A stretch of DNA of 64,000 nucleotides from Camelus ferus. Taxonomy: Eukaryota. Below are positions 23,117-36,112 of the stretch, one piece after another; position 1 is the stretch's first letter; each line of letters begins with the position of its first letter. The translations under genes and the position numbers were made by a program. The notes under the pieces are model-generated. The model searched no databases. It was not told where the DNA came from and saw only the letters and a list, made by a program, of their open reading frames with translations. The stretch is from positions 112,160,001 to 112,224,000 of the forward strand of contig NC_045697.1 in assembly GCF_009834535.1 (NCBI RefSeq), in the 5' to 3' direction.

Positions 23117-26100
23117 TGGGGCAGGGTTTTTTTTTTTCCCCCTGTAGTTGTTTTGCATTTCATGCCATTCTGATCAGAAAAGATGCTTGATATAATTTCA
23201 ATCTTAAGTTTCCTGATATTTGTTTTGTGGCCTAGCATGTTACCTACACTGGAAAATATTCCATGTACACTTGAAAATAATGTGTATTCTGCTACTTTCA
23301 GAAGAAATGTTCTATATCCATTTGATATAAAGTGTTATTTATTTAAAGCCAGTGTTTCCTTTTTGATTTTCTGTCTGGATTATTTGTCCATTGATGTAAG
23401 TAGGGTGTTAAAGTCTTGAACAATTATTGTGTTATGTGAAGTTCTCTCTTTCTGTCTATTAGTACTTGCATTATGTATTTAGGTGCTCCTATGTTGGTTG
23501 CATATACATTTACAATTGTTTTATCTTCTTCTTGATCCCTTGATCATTATATATTGCCCTTCTTTGTCTCTTGTAACAGTCTTCATTTTAAAATCTTTTT
23601 TTTTTCTGTCTAAGTATTGTTACCGCAGCTTTCTTTTCTTTCCATTTACATTAGATATCTTTTTTTTCTTCCCTCACTTTCAATCTGCATCTTTAGATAA
23701 GTGAGTTTGTTGTAGGCAGCGCATGTCAGCATATATATGGGTCTTTAAAAAAAAATTATTTAGCCACTCTGTGTCTTTTGATTGGAGCATTTAATCCATT
23801 TACATTTAAAGTAATTATTCATATTGATGTACCTACTGCCATTTTATCCACTGTTTTCTATTTGGTTTTGTAGCTCTTTTTCTCTCTTCCTTTGTGAGTT
23901 GATGACTATCTTTAATGTCATGTTTGGATTCCTTTCTCCTTTGTGTTTGTATTTTACATGTTTTTTGTTTGTCATTATCATGAGGTTTATATAAAAACCT
24001 ACATATATATGATTATTTTAACTTGGTAAGCTTTTAAGTTTTTTCATATTCTAACAACCCTGCCTTTATTACTCCCTCCCCATATTGAATGTTTTTTGAC
24101 ATCACATTTTGTACATTTTTTGTTTTTTACATTCTTTAACTACATATTGTGGGTACATATGATTTTATTACTTTTGTCTCTTAACCTTTGTGCTAATTTT
24201 ATATGTGGTTGATTTATTACCTTCACTGTATATTTGCCTTTACCAATGAGGTGTTTCTTTTCATAATTTTCATACTTCTAGTTGTGCTCTTTTCTTTTCC
24301 ACTTAGAGAAGTCCCTTTAACATTTCTTGCAAAGCCAGTTTAGTGGTGCTGAACTCTTCTTTAAGATTTTATTTGTCTCTAAAACTTTTTATCTCTTCAT
24401 CAAATCTGAATGAAAGCATTACTAGGTAGAGTAATTTTGGTTGTAGTTTTTTGTTTGTTTGTTTTTTTGTTTGTTTGTTTGTTTTAATCACTTTGCATAT
24501 GTCCTTCCAATCCCGTGTGGACTGCAAAGGTTCTGCTGGAAAGTCTACTGACAGTGTTATGGGATTTCCCTTATATTTAATTGCCTTTCTCTTGCTGCTT
24601 TTAAGATTCTCTCTTTATGTTTAGCTTGTGTTATTTTAATTATCACATGTCTTGATGTAAATCTCTTTTTAGTTCCTCTTGTTTGGGATTCTCTGTGATT
24701 CCTAGGACTAAATGTCTGTTTCCTTTTCCAGATTAGGAAAGTTTTCAGATATTATTTGTTCATATAAGTTCTTTGTGCCTATCTCTTCTTTTTCTGTTAG
24801 TATGCTAATGTCCTAGATTTCTCTTAAACTATCCTCATTTTTTCAGTTTTTTTTTCTTTTCTCTGCTCTGCTTGTGTGATTTCCTCTCCAATTTGCTGAT
24901 CCATTCCTTTGTATCATTTAATCTACTATCAACTTCTTCTAGTTTATTTTAATTTAGTTGTTGCATTCTTCAGCTCCATTTGGTTCCTCTCTATACTTTC
25001 TTTTTTTCAATCAATGTACTTCTTTATATTTTATATCTCTTTGTTAAAGTTCTCATTGTGTTAATCCATTCTTTTCCCAAGTTCGTTGAATCTCTCAATA
25101 ACCCTTACCTTGGACTTTTTATTGTATAGATAGCTTATCTTCATTTAGTCCTTTTTACAAAATTTTGTCTTGTTTCTTCTTTTGGAGCACATTCCTGTCT
25201 CTTAATTATGCCTAATTATCTGTGTTTATTTCTATGTATTAGGTAGATTAGTTATGTTTACTGATCTTGGAGAAGTGGTCTTATGAGGTAAACATCGTAT
25301 GGAGTCCAACAGCTCACTCCCTTCTGTTCGCTAGAGGTTTATGCTCTGGGGGTGCCCTCTCTATGGCTATGTAGGCCCTTCTATTGTGGTGGGGCCAATT
25401 ACTGTGAGTGTGCTAGTATGTGTGGCTGGTCCTCAGCCTAGCTGGTTGCAGGCCATGCCTCATGAAGTGGCTGCAGGGCCCAGGGGATCCCAAGGCTGGA
25501 ACCAGCCTGCTGGTGTGGGCAACTGCTTCATGGTCCAGGGTCATGGACTGGGTCTGGTGCTGACCCACTGTTGCCTAGGGACAGTACCACAGGCAGCTGG
25601 CTATGGAGCTTGGAGGGCCCAGGTCTAGTGCTGATATGGTTGTGGGTGGGTAAACCCCATGCACTAATAGGATAGACGAAGGCCTCTAACATGTCACTTT
25701 ATATCACTGATGTCCTTGTTATAGACAAGCTCCCCAAATGCATGCCATAAGTGTTCATATCACCAGGAGCAGTCTCAGTTGCCACTTGCCTCTCCAGATG
25801 AGTTTCCAAGGTTAGCAAGTGGGTCTGACCCAGGCTTTTTTCAAATAACTGCTTCTGCCCTGGGATTTGGACATTGTGAGATTTTGTACAGCATTTTCAA
25901 GAGTGGGGCCTCTTTTTCCTACAGCCGCCTGACTCCCCCATATGCAAGTTCCCTTGTGTTCAAAGCCAGGTGTTCTGAGGGCTTGTCTTCCTGCAACAAG
26001 AATTCTGATATGGGGCTTGGGCCTCTCACTCCTTGTAAAGAGCCTCTGAAATCATGATTATCTTCCTGTTTTGGGGTCATCTTTCCTAGCATTTTGTTAT

Positions 26101-26284
26101 ATACCATGTCTTTACCCCTCATACCCATCACTTTTGTGATTCCTTCTCTATATCTTTAATAGTGGAAACTCTTTTCTGCTAGTCTTCAGGTTGTTTACAT
26201 AGATAGTCAATCTGCATGTAGTTGTAATTTTGGTGTGCCTGTGTGAAGAGATAAGCTCAGGGTCTTCCTACTCCACCATCTTGG
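22619..26284 (-). mobile_element. L1 5' half (5' UTR, ORF1, EN domain), lacking RT and 3' end
   Basis: Minus ORFs [34 protein letters not shown] and MLGHKTN..KIEIISSIFSDQNGMK; 5' terminus reads CCAAGATGGTGGAGTAGG on the minus strand at 26284. Confidence 0.88.
23056..23116. repeat. (AT)22 followed by poly-T
   Basis: Seen directly, inside the L1. Confidence 0.95.
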
Positions 26285-26731
26285 ACACATCTCTTATATG
26301 CCTCTTTTTCATTCTATTGTTGATGACAACAGACATAATAACAAACTTTGACATCATATCTTCTTTTATTGACCTTTGTCTCCCTGGATACCCAGCAGTA
26401 TTCAAAATCAAGCTCACCATTGTCACCAAATTAATTTGTAAATATTTAAAATGCAATGTTAAATAATTTTTCTTTTATTTTCAATCAATTCTTCTGCAAA
26501 TAGTAACTCCACTATGCCACTAACTGCACTGATTATGTAACACAAAACAATAGAATTTTTACGAGATTTGACCATAATAATTTTATACATTAGCATTATG
26601 AAATCAGTTTTATCACAACTCTGAAACCATTAATAATATGTATTCACTACTATTTCAGACAGCTTGTAATCCAAACTGTATTTTATGGAATGTTCCTTCA
26701 TAGAGTTCCATATACAAAATAAGCTAGGGGA

Positions 26732-27288
26732 ATTGTGAGTACAATATTGAGAAGAGCTATCCACCAACATATCAGATAATCTAGATGAAATGGTTAAATT
26801 CCTAGAAATACAATAATTATTTCTACTATGATGAAATCATGAAGAAATAGAAGATTTATACAAACCAATAAAGAGTAATCAGTAATCAAAAACCCCTAGC
26901 AAAGAAAAGCACAGGACCATATGGCATCAAAGGGTGAAATCTTCCATATATTTCAAGAAGAATTAATGTCAATCTTATTCAAATGCCTTCAAAAAATTGA
27001 GTAAGATACTCTTTCAAACACATTTATGAGACCATTATCACTCTGATATTATGGCCAAACAAAGATACTGCAAGAAAGCAAAACTACAGACCAATACACC
27101 AATGAACATAGGTGTAGAAATCCTCGATTAAACACTAGCAAACAAATTTCAACAGCACATTAAAAGGATTATAAATCAAGACAAAGTTGGGTTTATCCCA
27201 GGGAGGAAATACAGGTTCAACCTATGCAAGCCAGATAATGTGCTATACTACACACAGTCAGATCAATTAAGCAATAAAAATAAATAAT
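26732..27288 (+). mobile_element. L1 ORF2 fragment (linker to RT start)
   Basis: ctagatgaaatggttaaattcctagaa..aaaactacagaccaata..caacagcacattaaaaggattat..gggtttatcccaggga. Confidence 0.85.
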
Positions 27289-27514
27289 GGAGAAATATCT
27301 ATTCAAGTCCTTAGCCTGTTTTTAAATCCAGTTATGGTCTTTGTAAATTGCTTTTTAATGAAACCTAATTTACTGTGCAAAGGATTTTTCCAACTTATTT
27401 TGCTTGATCAGATAACTGAAATATACAGGAAAACTGACTGTTCCCTTGTTGGATGCTTCCTCCCCAACTACTCTCCTTTCTTTAATTGTTCTTAAATCTG
27501 AGATTCATTTGAAG

Positions 27515-27690
27515 TAAAAAGGAGTAAGGACTCTGCTGTCAGAAATTCTCTCTCATCCTGGGCAAGTTGGTGGCTTTTGCAGTCTTACTTGTAATCTGCA
27601 TAAGGATAACAGTAATAGTGAGCTCACTGGATTGTTTGGAAGATTAGATTATAGCACATGACAGTGTCTAATGTTGGCTAAGTGTACAAT
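27515..27690 (+). mobile_element. MIR, degenerate
   Basis: cctgggcaagtt..atctgcataaggataacagtaatagt..ggattgtttggaagatta. Confidence 0.55.
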
Positions 27691-30600
27691 ATAGTCTTGA
27701 AAATGCAACTCCTTTTCCAATCTAATTTGTACTCTTCCAGCCCAGGTTTCTCATATTTCAGTTGACATTTAGCTAAGTCTTTGCAATGTTTTTGTCTGCA
27801 GCCTACTGCACAATTTCTTTCACATCTTAATCCTTATGGTATTTAGGTCCTTCGGAAAATACAGCCCACCACTGCAAGAACCTGTAGCCAGGCTAGACGC
27901 AGCCATTCTTCTACAGACAGTTTTCCTTTGTAAGAGAAGCTGAAATCAGAGTTTCCTGAAACATGAGAGTTTTCTGTGGCAAAATCCCTAAGGAATTCTT
28001 TATATTCTCCAGTATGTTAAAAACAACAAAGACAGTATTTTGGAGATAATTTCATTATTTCATGGCATCACCAACCAACTCTTGATTTTTGTGGGAGTAA
28101 TTCTTTAGTTTGTAGTTTCGTTTTCCTTGTCTTTTATTTCCTCTGCCCTTATGTTGTCTGCCTCTTGGCTCTTTTGACAGCTCATTAGTGTCTCGGTCAG
28201 AGGCTGGGAAATGAAAGTAAAAGAAGATGAAACTCAAACTCAGGCAGTACCTATGCAATGCAAAACGGATCTCCAGGGATGAAAGGAGACCCACTGTGCT
28301 GTCTGTGGAGATCTTAACGACTTTACGATGCTCACTATTTGATTTCAGGCTGTTATCAGCAGGTTGGCTACTTAAACTCAATTTTCTCACAATTCTTAAA
28401 ATGGTTTATCAGTATTTACTACTACAGTGATATCCATCCGGCACCCAGGCCATCAGGAAAGCTGAGTGAGAGTCGTGGTCTTTGACTGGTGGGCAGGTGT
28501 CTTCACAGAGCTTCCAGCCTCATCCTGGTCTGTATGGTATCCACTCAACTCAGTCTCATTCCACATCTGCCTGTTAGGGCTTTACATCTCACGATGACTT
28601 CAAATTAAGTGGGAACCTGTCAGACACACGGATATCCTGGGAACCAACGTAGCGAGTGACTTCCAGGACATAGGAAGCATTGACTTCATTCACTTTGGGA
28701 GCTGGAATGAAGGTATGATTGGTTTACATTCTTGAATGATCACTTCTGCATAAGGTTTGGCCACCAAAACTTTTCCATTTTTTTTTCCTGATAGTTTGTT
28801 TTTCTATGAATGATATAGCCTTGCCAAAAATAAAACCTTGACAAAAAACTGACTTATTTTCCAAATCATCAAAATTCAGTTTATTACAATCAGGTACACC
28901 ATGTATAGTTATCTCAGTGTTATATTTTGTTAACACAGGTTTGGTTGTGGAACTATGGATGTTGGTGGATTTCAAGTAAGTCGGCTTGAACTTATGAGCA
29001 TGAGAATTAAGAGTGAGATATAGTCAGCTGAATTGTGTGTAACTAAGCTATTGTTTAGAAGCAGCAATAAAAAATTCTTGGCCAGAGTGCTCTTGTATTG
29101 TTTAATAAAATGAACTTTAATAAAATTTTTGAAACACCTATATGTGAAGTGTTTCTTATAAAGTCAGTGTCTCCAAGTGAGTCTTTGTTCCCATAGAAAC
29201 AGGAAAGAAAGAAACCATGAAAACTCTAAGTCAATATTTGGATATTTCAATTGCCTGTTGTTGGCTAAATACTATTCATTCCAATTTTCAAATCTTACTC
29301 AGGTTCCAAAAAAAGTGCACTTGAAAACTGCAATATTAAATATTGGGATCCCCCTGCCCCATTGGCTGAAATTGCCACAGTTGTCCTCTAAATGTTGGAA
29401 AGACCCTAGTAAGGAAACTGGGAGTAACTGTGGCTGAAGTCTTTTCTGGCAACATCTTTGCACTATTTGGACTGAAGACATTCATAGCAGGACATGCTAA
29501 GAAGGCAAAGAAAACTGCGATTAGAAAGAAAAGGAAAGACAAGAAAATTAATGAGAAATCTGCATGAAGAGCAAGGAAGAATAAAGCTGTAGTTCCCCCA
29601 AATTTAGGGCCATAGGAATATACAACATGTCCTGCAGTATGAGAGACAGGTAAGCCAGTTGCTGAAAGTCCGATCTTCTTTGAATAGCTCTTCTGTATTA
29701 TCATTTTTTTTAATAATTAGGCTGAAAAGAAAATGTGTAAGGTAAGCTGGCAAAGTGTAAAATTCATGTCACACCCATTACTGGGTCTTAAGAAACTGAC
29801 TCAAAGATTTGAAAAGGCAAGTCACTGTATGTATAAGGAGCAATGACCTGGTCTTGAAGACATGGCCCTGGCAGACAGTAATCTCATTGTGAAAATTGAG
29901 TACAGGAGTGAAATTAATGAGCTGTTTCCTCCAATTGTGTGAGGTGCAGGGAGAGTCAGAACTCAGAAGAGCGCTCAGCAGGGGGCACAGGCTTCCAAGA
30001 GGAACAAGGAAAGGTTGTACTTTTCTCTCATCGAATTGTCACGTTCATGTCACAAAGAAAATGGATGAAAACATCAGAAAAAAAGGCACTTTTTTTATCC
30101 CTATCTGGAGCATTTAATTGAGATCTTAGGTTGCTTTTAAAAATGAAATATGGGATAATTAACTGTCTTATCAGACAACAGCCAGACTGCAATGATTACT
30201 TAGGAGAGTTAGAGAGGGAGTCTGTTCTAAAGTCAACATGACCTTTATCATTTATTAGGCTGTTTATCTGCTTGCTAAAAAGTTGTTTTCAGAAACTTTT
30301 CTTTTTTAACTACATGAGTAAATATCTTTGTAGTCTTTACTAATTGATTTTTAAAGTCACATTCAGAGTTCCACGCCTTGCATTTGCAAAGGTCAGAAAT
30401 GTTTTGAACATAAATGGCATTGTGGGGAAGTGGGGGAGGTTCTATAAATAATATTTCTGATTTTAAAAGGTCACATGAGAAGGAAGAAAGAAATCCATCT
30501 TGGTACTTCATATGTCTCAGACATATCATGTGCTTTTGTCAATGAGTGCTTTGCTAACATACCTTATAATACGCTCTTCCTAATGCTCATCTTTCCCCCT

Positions 30601-30699
30601 CCATGATCTGGATTTTACTGTAACCAGGTTAGAAGGGAAGAGTGTATACCTCACATGTCTCAGTAATTGGTGCACATCTAATTAGGGGAGTGTCTGGAA

Positions 30700-30870
30700 C
30701 CAAAAAACTTTTAGAGTTGGGAGGAATATTAAAGACTAGCTTAAATATCTTCTTTCACCAAAGAAGACATGAAGACCAGGCATGCGACATGACTTGTTCT
30801 AGTAAGAGAGCTAGTTATGGCAGAGTGGAACCAGAACCCAGGTACCCTGATTTCCAGTCTGTACTCTTTG
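30700..30870 (-). mobile_element. MIR/MIR3
   Basis: ttttagagttgggagg..tgacttg..agctagttatggcagagtggaaccagaacccagg..tgatttccagtc. Confidence 0.7.
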
Positions 30871-30989
30871 TTGGCACAGTCTCAGTGAGCTCCTGGAAAC
30901 GCTTCCTCGGGAAGGAAGGGCTTCACGGAGTTAATTCTAAAAAATTAAGTCCTAATTGGCATTTATTTTATTAATATTTTATTTAAAGT

Positions 30990-31225
30990 TAATCTTTATT
31001 GAAGTATGATATAACTACAGAAAAGTGTCAAATGAAACATGCCTAGCTTGATGACTTATCACAAAGGAAACTCATTCATGGAACCCAAATAAAGAAATGG
31101 AATATGGTCCGCACCCCATAAGCTCCCCTTTGGGTCCTTTCTCAGTCACTACTATCGCTTCCTCCCCTGAGACAATACCAATCCTGATTTCTGTCACCAT
31201 AGTTTGGTTTTTGCCTGTTTTTAAA
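30990..31225 (-). mobile_element. Old L1 (L1MB/ME-type) 3' end
   Basis: ctttattgaagtat..acagaaaagtg..cctgatttctgtcaccatagtttggtttttgcctgttttt. Confidence 0.65.
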
Positions 31226-31249
31226 ACAAAAATGAAAACCCCAGAAAAC

Positions 31250-31592
31250 TCTTAAACAGATTGGTGATTGCCAGAGGTGAGGGGTCGGGGATGGATGAGA
31301 TGGGTGAAGGAGATTAAAGGTACAAAGAAATTTCTAGTTAAAAGATAAATAAGTCCTGGGGATGTAACGTACAGCATGGTGAGTGCAGCTAATAGTACTG
31401 TATTGCATATTTGAATGTTACTAATAGTAGATCTTAAGTTTTCATCAAAAGAAAAAAATTATGTAAATATGTGTGGTGACAGATGTTAACTAGACATTGT
31501 GGTGACCATTTTGCAATATATGCAAATATCAAATCATTATGTTGTACACTAATGTGATATTATACATGTCAATAATACCTCAACAATGAAAA
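31250..31592 (+). mobile_element. L1MA9-like 3' UTR
   Basis: ggtgattgccagagg..aataagtcctggggatgtaacgtacagcatggtga..atcaaatcattatgttgtacac. Confidence 0.8.
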
Positions 31593-33399
31593 TCATTGCT
31601 TTTTATTTTATATAAAGGTGCTATTTATATATGTTCAGTTCAGATAAAATTTACAATATTTACTGACATTCATTATTACAACATTTGTAATGATGAAAGT
31701 TTAATTCAAAGACTACAAGGGGACATCTTTCCTTTCTGAGGTTGTCTGCCCGCAGACTATTGGCACTGAAAGAATCCGTGTTTTGCTTTTTCCCCATTTA
31801 CATTTCAGGTGACACTTTAGGCTCCCCCGCCCACTTTGCCTGGTAACAGAATGGAGGCTCAACCATGCCTGCCACGTCTGATGCACAGGACTTAAGTCCA
31901 TGCTTCAGTGAGTGTGTTGATCCGACCTGATGAACGAGGGAGCTTTCCTCCTGATGCCCCGTCAGGAGAAGCTCCAGAAACCAGGTCTCATTATGTATAC
32001 TTAGAGGCAAATGTGCAGCTCTTTCTCTCAGATCGATGGTCAGAAAGATTCCGGGCTTAACAAAGAAGCCGCAGATAATGAGAGGAAAAATCAAGGAGAG
32101 CAGGGCTGGAGTTAACTCATCTTTGTTAAGAATCTTCATGGCAAAAATATTGGCAGCACCAGCCGTGAGAGTCTAGCTGAGGATGAAAGGAAGAAACTCC
32201 TAATTTTCATTCTCCTGGGGAAATAAGGACTAAAAATGAGTTGGACTGTGGGGAAAAAAGCTTGTAGAACATTCTCATCTGATTGATCAGATTTCTTCAT
32301 GAGGCTGCGTATCTAAGACTTTCAACTTGCTCCTGGAAAGAATTGGAAACATGGAGAGATGCAAATTATAGTCGCAGTAAGAATGAAAGTCAATCCCACA
32401 AAGCTCTCATTTTTCTTTCATTTTAGTGAAATCACTGCGTTTCTTAGTTCCTAGTTTCATTTTATTTGTATTAAAGTTCCTGTACTTCTTAGTTGGGACT
32501 GCAAAGATCAAACCATCAAGTCTCCATCCGTGCTAATGAGTAAATGGGAATCTTTTTCTTTGGTAACATCAGGATTTAAATGTTCCCTCAGTTATGAATT
32601 GTCTGAAAGTGGAAGTCAACCTGTTGAGAGTTGAGAGCACTTTTGCACTAAAGAAAAAATATATCAAATTTATTTAAAATCTCAGAATTTTAATAATGAA
32701 TTATTTTATGTTTAAAAAGACAGAATATAATCTTGATTTTATTTTGTATATATCTTTTTAAAAGTATCAATACTTTTAAAATTAGCTTTATCAATCAATT
32801 AGCTTTCTCCTGGATCTAGGTGAGTTTCATGTGGGATGAGCTATGATGAATATTTAGTCTTATATTAGGTAAATCGGACATATGGAGCAGCTTCCTTTTT
32901 TATAGGTGCTGGTAGGTGTGGTGGTGAAACTTATCAGGACAACGTGAGAAGGCCCATGTTCTAAACCATCTCTCCTCTGCCTGTCCCAAAATACCGGCTC
33001 CAGTTAAAATGGCTAATGCTTTGTCATTGCATTTGTCTGTAGAAAAAAAAACTGTCTTGCTGCAGATACAGTTGGCTATGTAGTGCAACTGGCAAATTAA
33101 ATAAAAGAGAATGTGGAAACTTCCCAGAATTCTCAAAACACTTCTTCATTTGACCGAATGCTAAAAGTAAGTCATCTTGTAGAGGTAACAACAAATTCAA
33201 ATATTTAAGGCCAGATATATAGGTGGGTTGGAACTAGATTATATTTCATTAAAAACCCTTCTATTTATCTAGTCTGATTTGCTTTGTCCAATCAGAATGA
33301 TATAAGATCAGAAGACTAACTGTAATTTGCCTACTTATAACTATTTTTCTTTAGCTCCACTGAAAATAAATATGTCCTTACTTTAGTGCTGTCTATGAG

Positions 33400-33580
33400 T
33401 AATACCTAACAGCTAACATTTACTGAAAACCCACTTTAGACAGAGTTTTATAAGCACTATCTTATTTAAACTCATGACACCTTAAAAGATAGGTTCTGAT
33501 TTTGTCACATTTATTTCATGTATGAGAAAACTGAGATTTAGCAGTGTAGGGCTAAGGTTTGAAATTAGACTTTTCAAAAC
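33400..33580 (-). mobile_element. MIR
   Basis: acagctaacatttactga..atgagaaaactgagatttag. Confidence 0.6.
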
Positions 33581-33654
33581 CCGGAAGAAATTAGGATTGG
33601 CACATTTCTGGCAATATAGGCAGATAGCCAATGAATAATTAATATAGCTCTCTA

Positions 33655-33725
33655 TCAATTTATCTATTATCTATCATCTATCTATCTACCTATCTATCTA
33701 CTTATCATCTATTTCTATCATCTCT
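33655..33725. repeat. (TATC)n, imperfect
   Basis: Seen directly. Confidence 0.85.
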
Positions 33726-33897
33726 CTTGATCATATATCTGTCATTGATTCTCAAAGAAATATGCACAAAAATTATGAGTATACTTACTGTGAATAGATG
33801 GTGTGTGCATGAGTTTTTTTTCCACAAAGGAACATATTATTGAATTTGTTTAGCTCTGTAAAGTTTCTTCATGTCTTTCTTAAGATTAAATTACATA

Positions 33898-34435
33898 GTA
33901 TCAGTTAGGGCTCTTTTAGTTACAAGAGATGAAAGCACTTAAATTAGCTTGAGTAGAAAGAACAGTTGTAAAATACTGACTTACATAACTAAAAAGTCCA
34001 GAGTAGCACAAAGGACAGCTTGATCCAGAAGCTCTAGTGATGTTATCAGGACCCAGTGGTAACCTTGCTGCCATCGGTCTCAGGTTTTTTTGCTCTGCGG
34101 ACAAACATAAAAGAAAACATGTTGGCTTTTTTCCCTAGCAGATCCCCTCACATCCCAGAATACAGTACTAATCCTACTGAATCTGATTTTGTCTTGTGAC
34201 CATTTTTAAGCTAACCATTGTCCTAGGGATATGTTACACCTTACTTGTCCAAGTCTGTCTGGGTCATATATTTACTCCTGTAAGTGGGGTTGAGGGGGTG
34301 GGCAGTCCTGGGCAACCCATGTGGACTAATTATGGACATTAGGTCTTCAAATGAAATTCAACAAATTATCAGAAAAAGGAGAGATGGATTGTATTTGGCA
34401 GAAAACAAAAAACAAAAAGCTCCAGTTATACCACA
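33898..34435 (-). mobile_element. Old MaLR LTR (MLT1K/L-like)
   Basis: tcagttagggctcttttagttacaag..ttagcttgag..gacagcttgatccagaagctc..atcagaaaaaggagagatggat. Confidence 0.6.
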
Positions 34436-34685
34436 GTGCTCCTCATAGTTAAAATGTTTCACAAGAGATATGGAATCCTTTCATAAGAAAGTTGTGGTAT
34501 TAAGGCAGAACCAATTTTAAAAATGCATATCAAATACTGAATTTTATGATAAAGAATTTGAAAATGCTGACTTTTTAATTGAATACTAGAGTATGATTTT
34601 GGGGAGTTAGCTATATAAATGATGGATAATGAAAAAAATCATCTCTTATAATTGCTGACTAAAAATAGATGCATGATCTTGCTTT

Positions 34686-35289
34686 CTTAAAAGTTTTTCT
34701 TCCTCTTATACTCTCTTTCTTTAAATTGAAATAGTCAGTTTACAATTGTTGTATCAATTTCTGGTGTACAGCATCATGTTTCAGTCATACATATACATAC
34801 ACATATACATATACATATACACATACATATACTTGTTTTCATATTATTTTCATTGTAAGTTACTACAAGATATTAAATATAGTTCCCTGTGCTGTACAGA
34901 AGAAACTTGTTTATCTATTTTATATACAGTAGTTAGTGTCTGCAAATCTCGAACTCCCAATTTATCCCTTTCCACCCACTTCCCCTACTGGTAACCATAA
35001 GTTTGTTTTCTATGTCTGTAAGTCTGTGGCTGTTTTGTAAATAAGTTCATTTCTGTTTTGTTTTTTTTTTTTAGATTCCACATATAAATGATATCCTATG
35101 GTATTTTTCCTTTTCTTTCTGGCTTACTTCACTTAGAATGATGATCTCCAGGTCCATCCATGTTGCTGCAAATGGCATTACTTTATTTTTTATGGCCGAG
35201 TAATATTCCATTGTGTGAGTGTGTGTGTGTGTGTGTGTGAGTATGTGTGTATACACAACTTCTTTATCCAGTATCTGTCAATGGACACA
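34686..35289 (-). mobile_element. Lineage-specific 5'-truncated L1 3' end
   Basis: Minus ORF MEYYSAIKNKVMPFAATWMDLEIIILSEVSQKEK matches the ORF2p C-terminus; 10-bp TSD atcttgcttt (34676-34685 and 35290-35299). Confidence 0.9.
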
Positions 35290-36112
35290 ATCTTGCTTTA
35301 TAGGAGGGTAAGATGTTCTACACTGAACTAGGAATCTGGTCTGTCATCCAATCCAGAATTTTCTGTGGCAGGTCTTTGTGGAGAAAACAAATGGTAGATA
35401 CCCAGAGCATCATCTTTTTCTAAATGATCTCATAACAGTATAACTCCCTGTGTCAACACACCTCACAAGTTGCCTGAGTCATTAGTTTCAGGATTATTGT
35501 CTTTGCTGGGCTGTATCACTTCTCCTGGAACTTGGGGTGATGTCTGAGATATGGGACTGGTATATTCTATCAATCCTCTTACCAATACTCAACACGAGAT
35601 TATTGGAAACAGAGTCCAGTTAGTAGGAAAATAAAACAAATTTCAATAGTGGAAAACTTAAAGAAACTGAAATCCTCATGTCACCTCATGCCAGTGGTTT
35701 CCGTGCATGCTCACCTTCCATGTCTGAAGAGGCAAAGAGGATGCTACTGACATTAGAAAGTAGGTACAATTTAACCCAACCTTTCCAAGTGTTGGTTTGA
35801 TTCTTTCCTTTTCAGGTGATTAAGGTTTTTTTGTTGTTGTTGTTTTGTTTTGTTTTGCTATGTTTTTGGTCATTTTATGGCTGTTATGAATGGAAGAGAT
35901 TTTAAAATTTTTATTTTTCAGCTTTATTGAGGTATAACTGACATACAACATTGTGTGAATTTAAGGTGTACAACATGATGATTTGATAAGTGTATTTATT
36001 GTGAAAAGACTATCACAATAAGTTAGTTAAAACAGCCATCATTTCACATAATTACTATTTTTGTGCATGGTGAACGTTTAAGATCTACTCTCAAAGCAAC
36101 TTTCAAGTATGA

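Noticed and set aside
29299..29704. 122-aa minus ORF with a hydrophobic stretch, and a CYEC motif in another frame suggesting a Ly6-type protein
   Set aside because: The hydrophobic run comes from a pyrimidine tract; the CYEC frame stops four codons later; no further cysteine pattern
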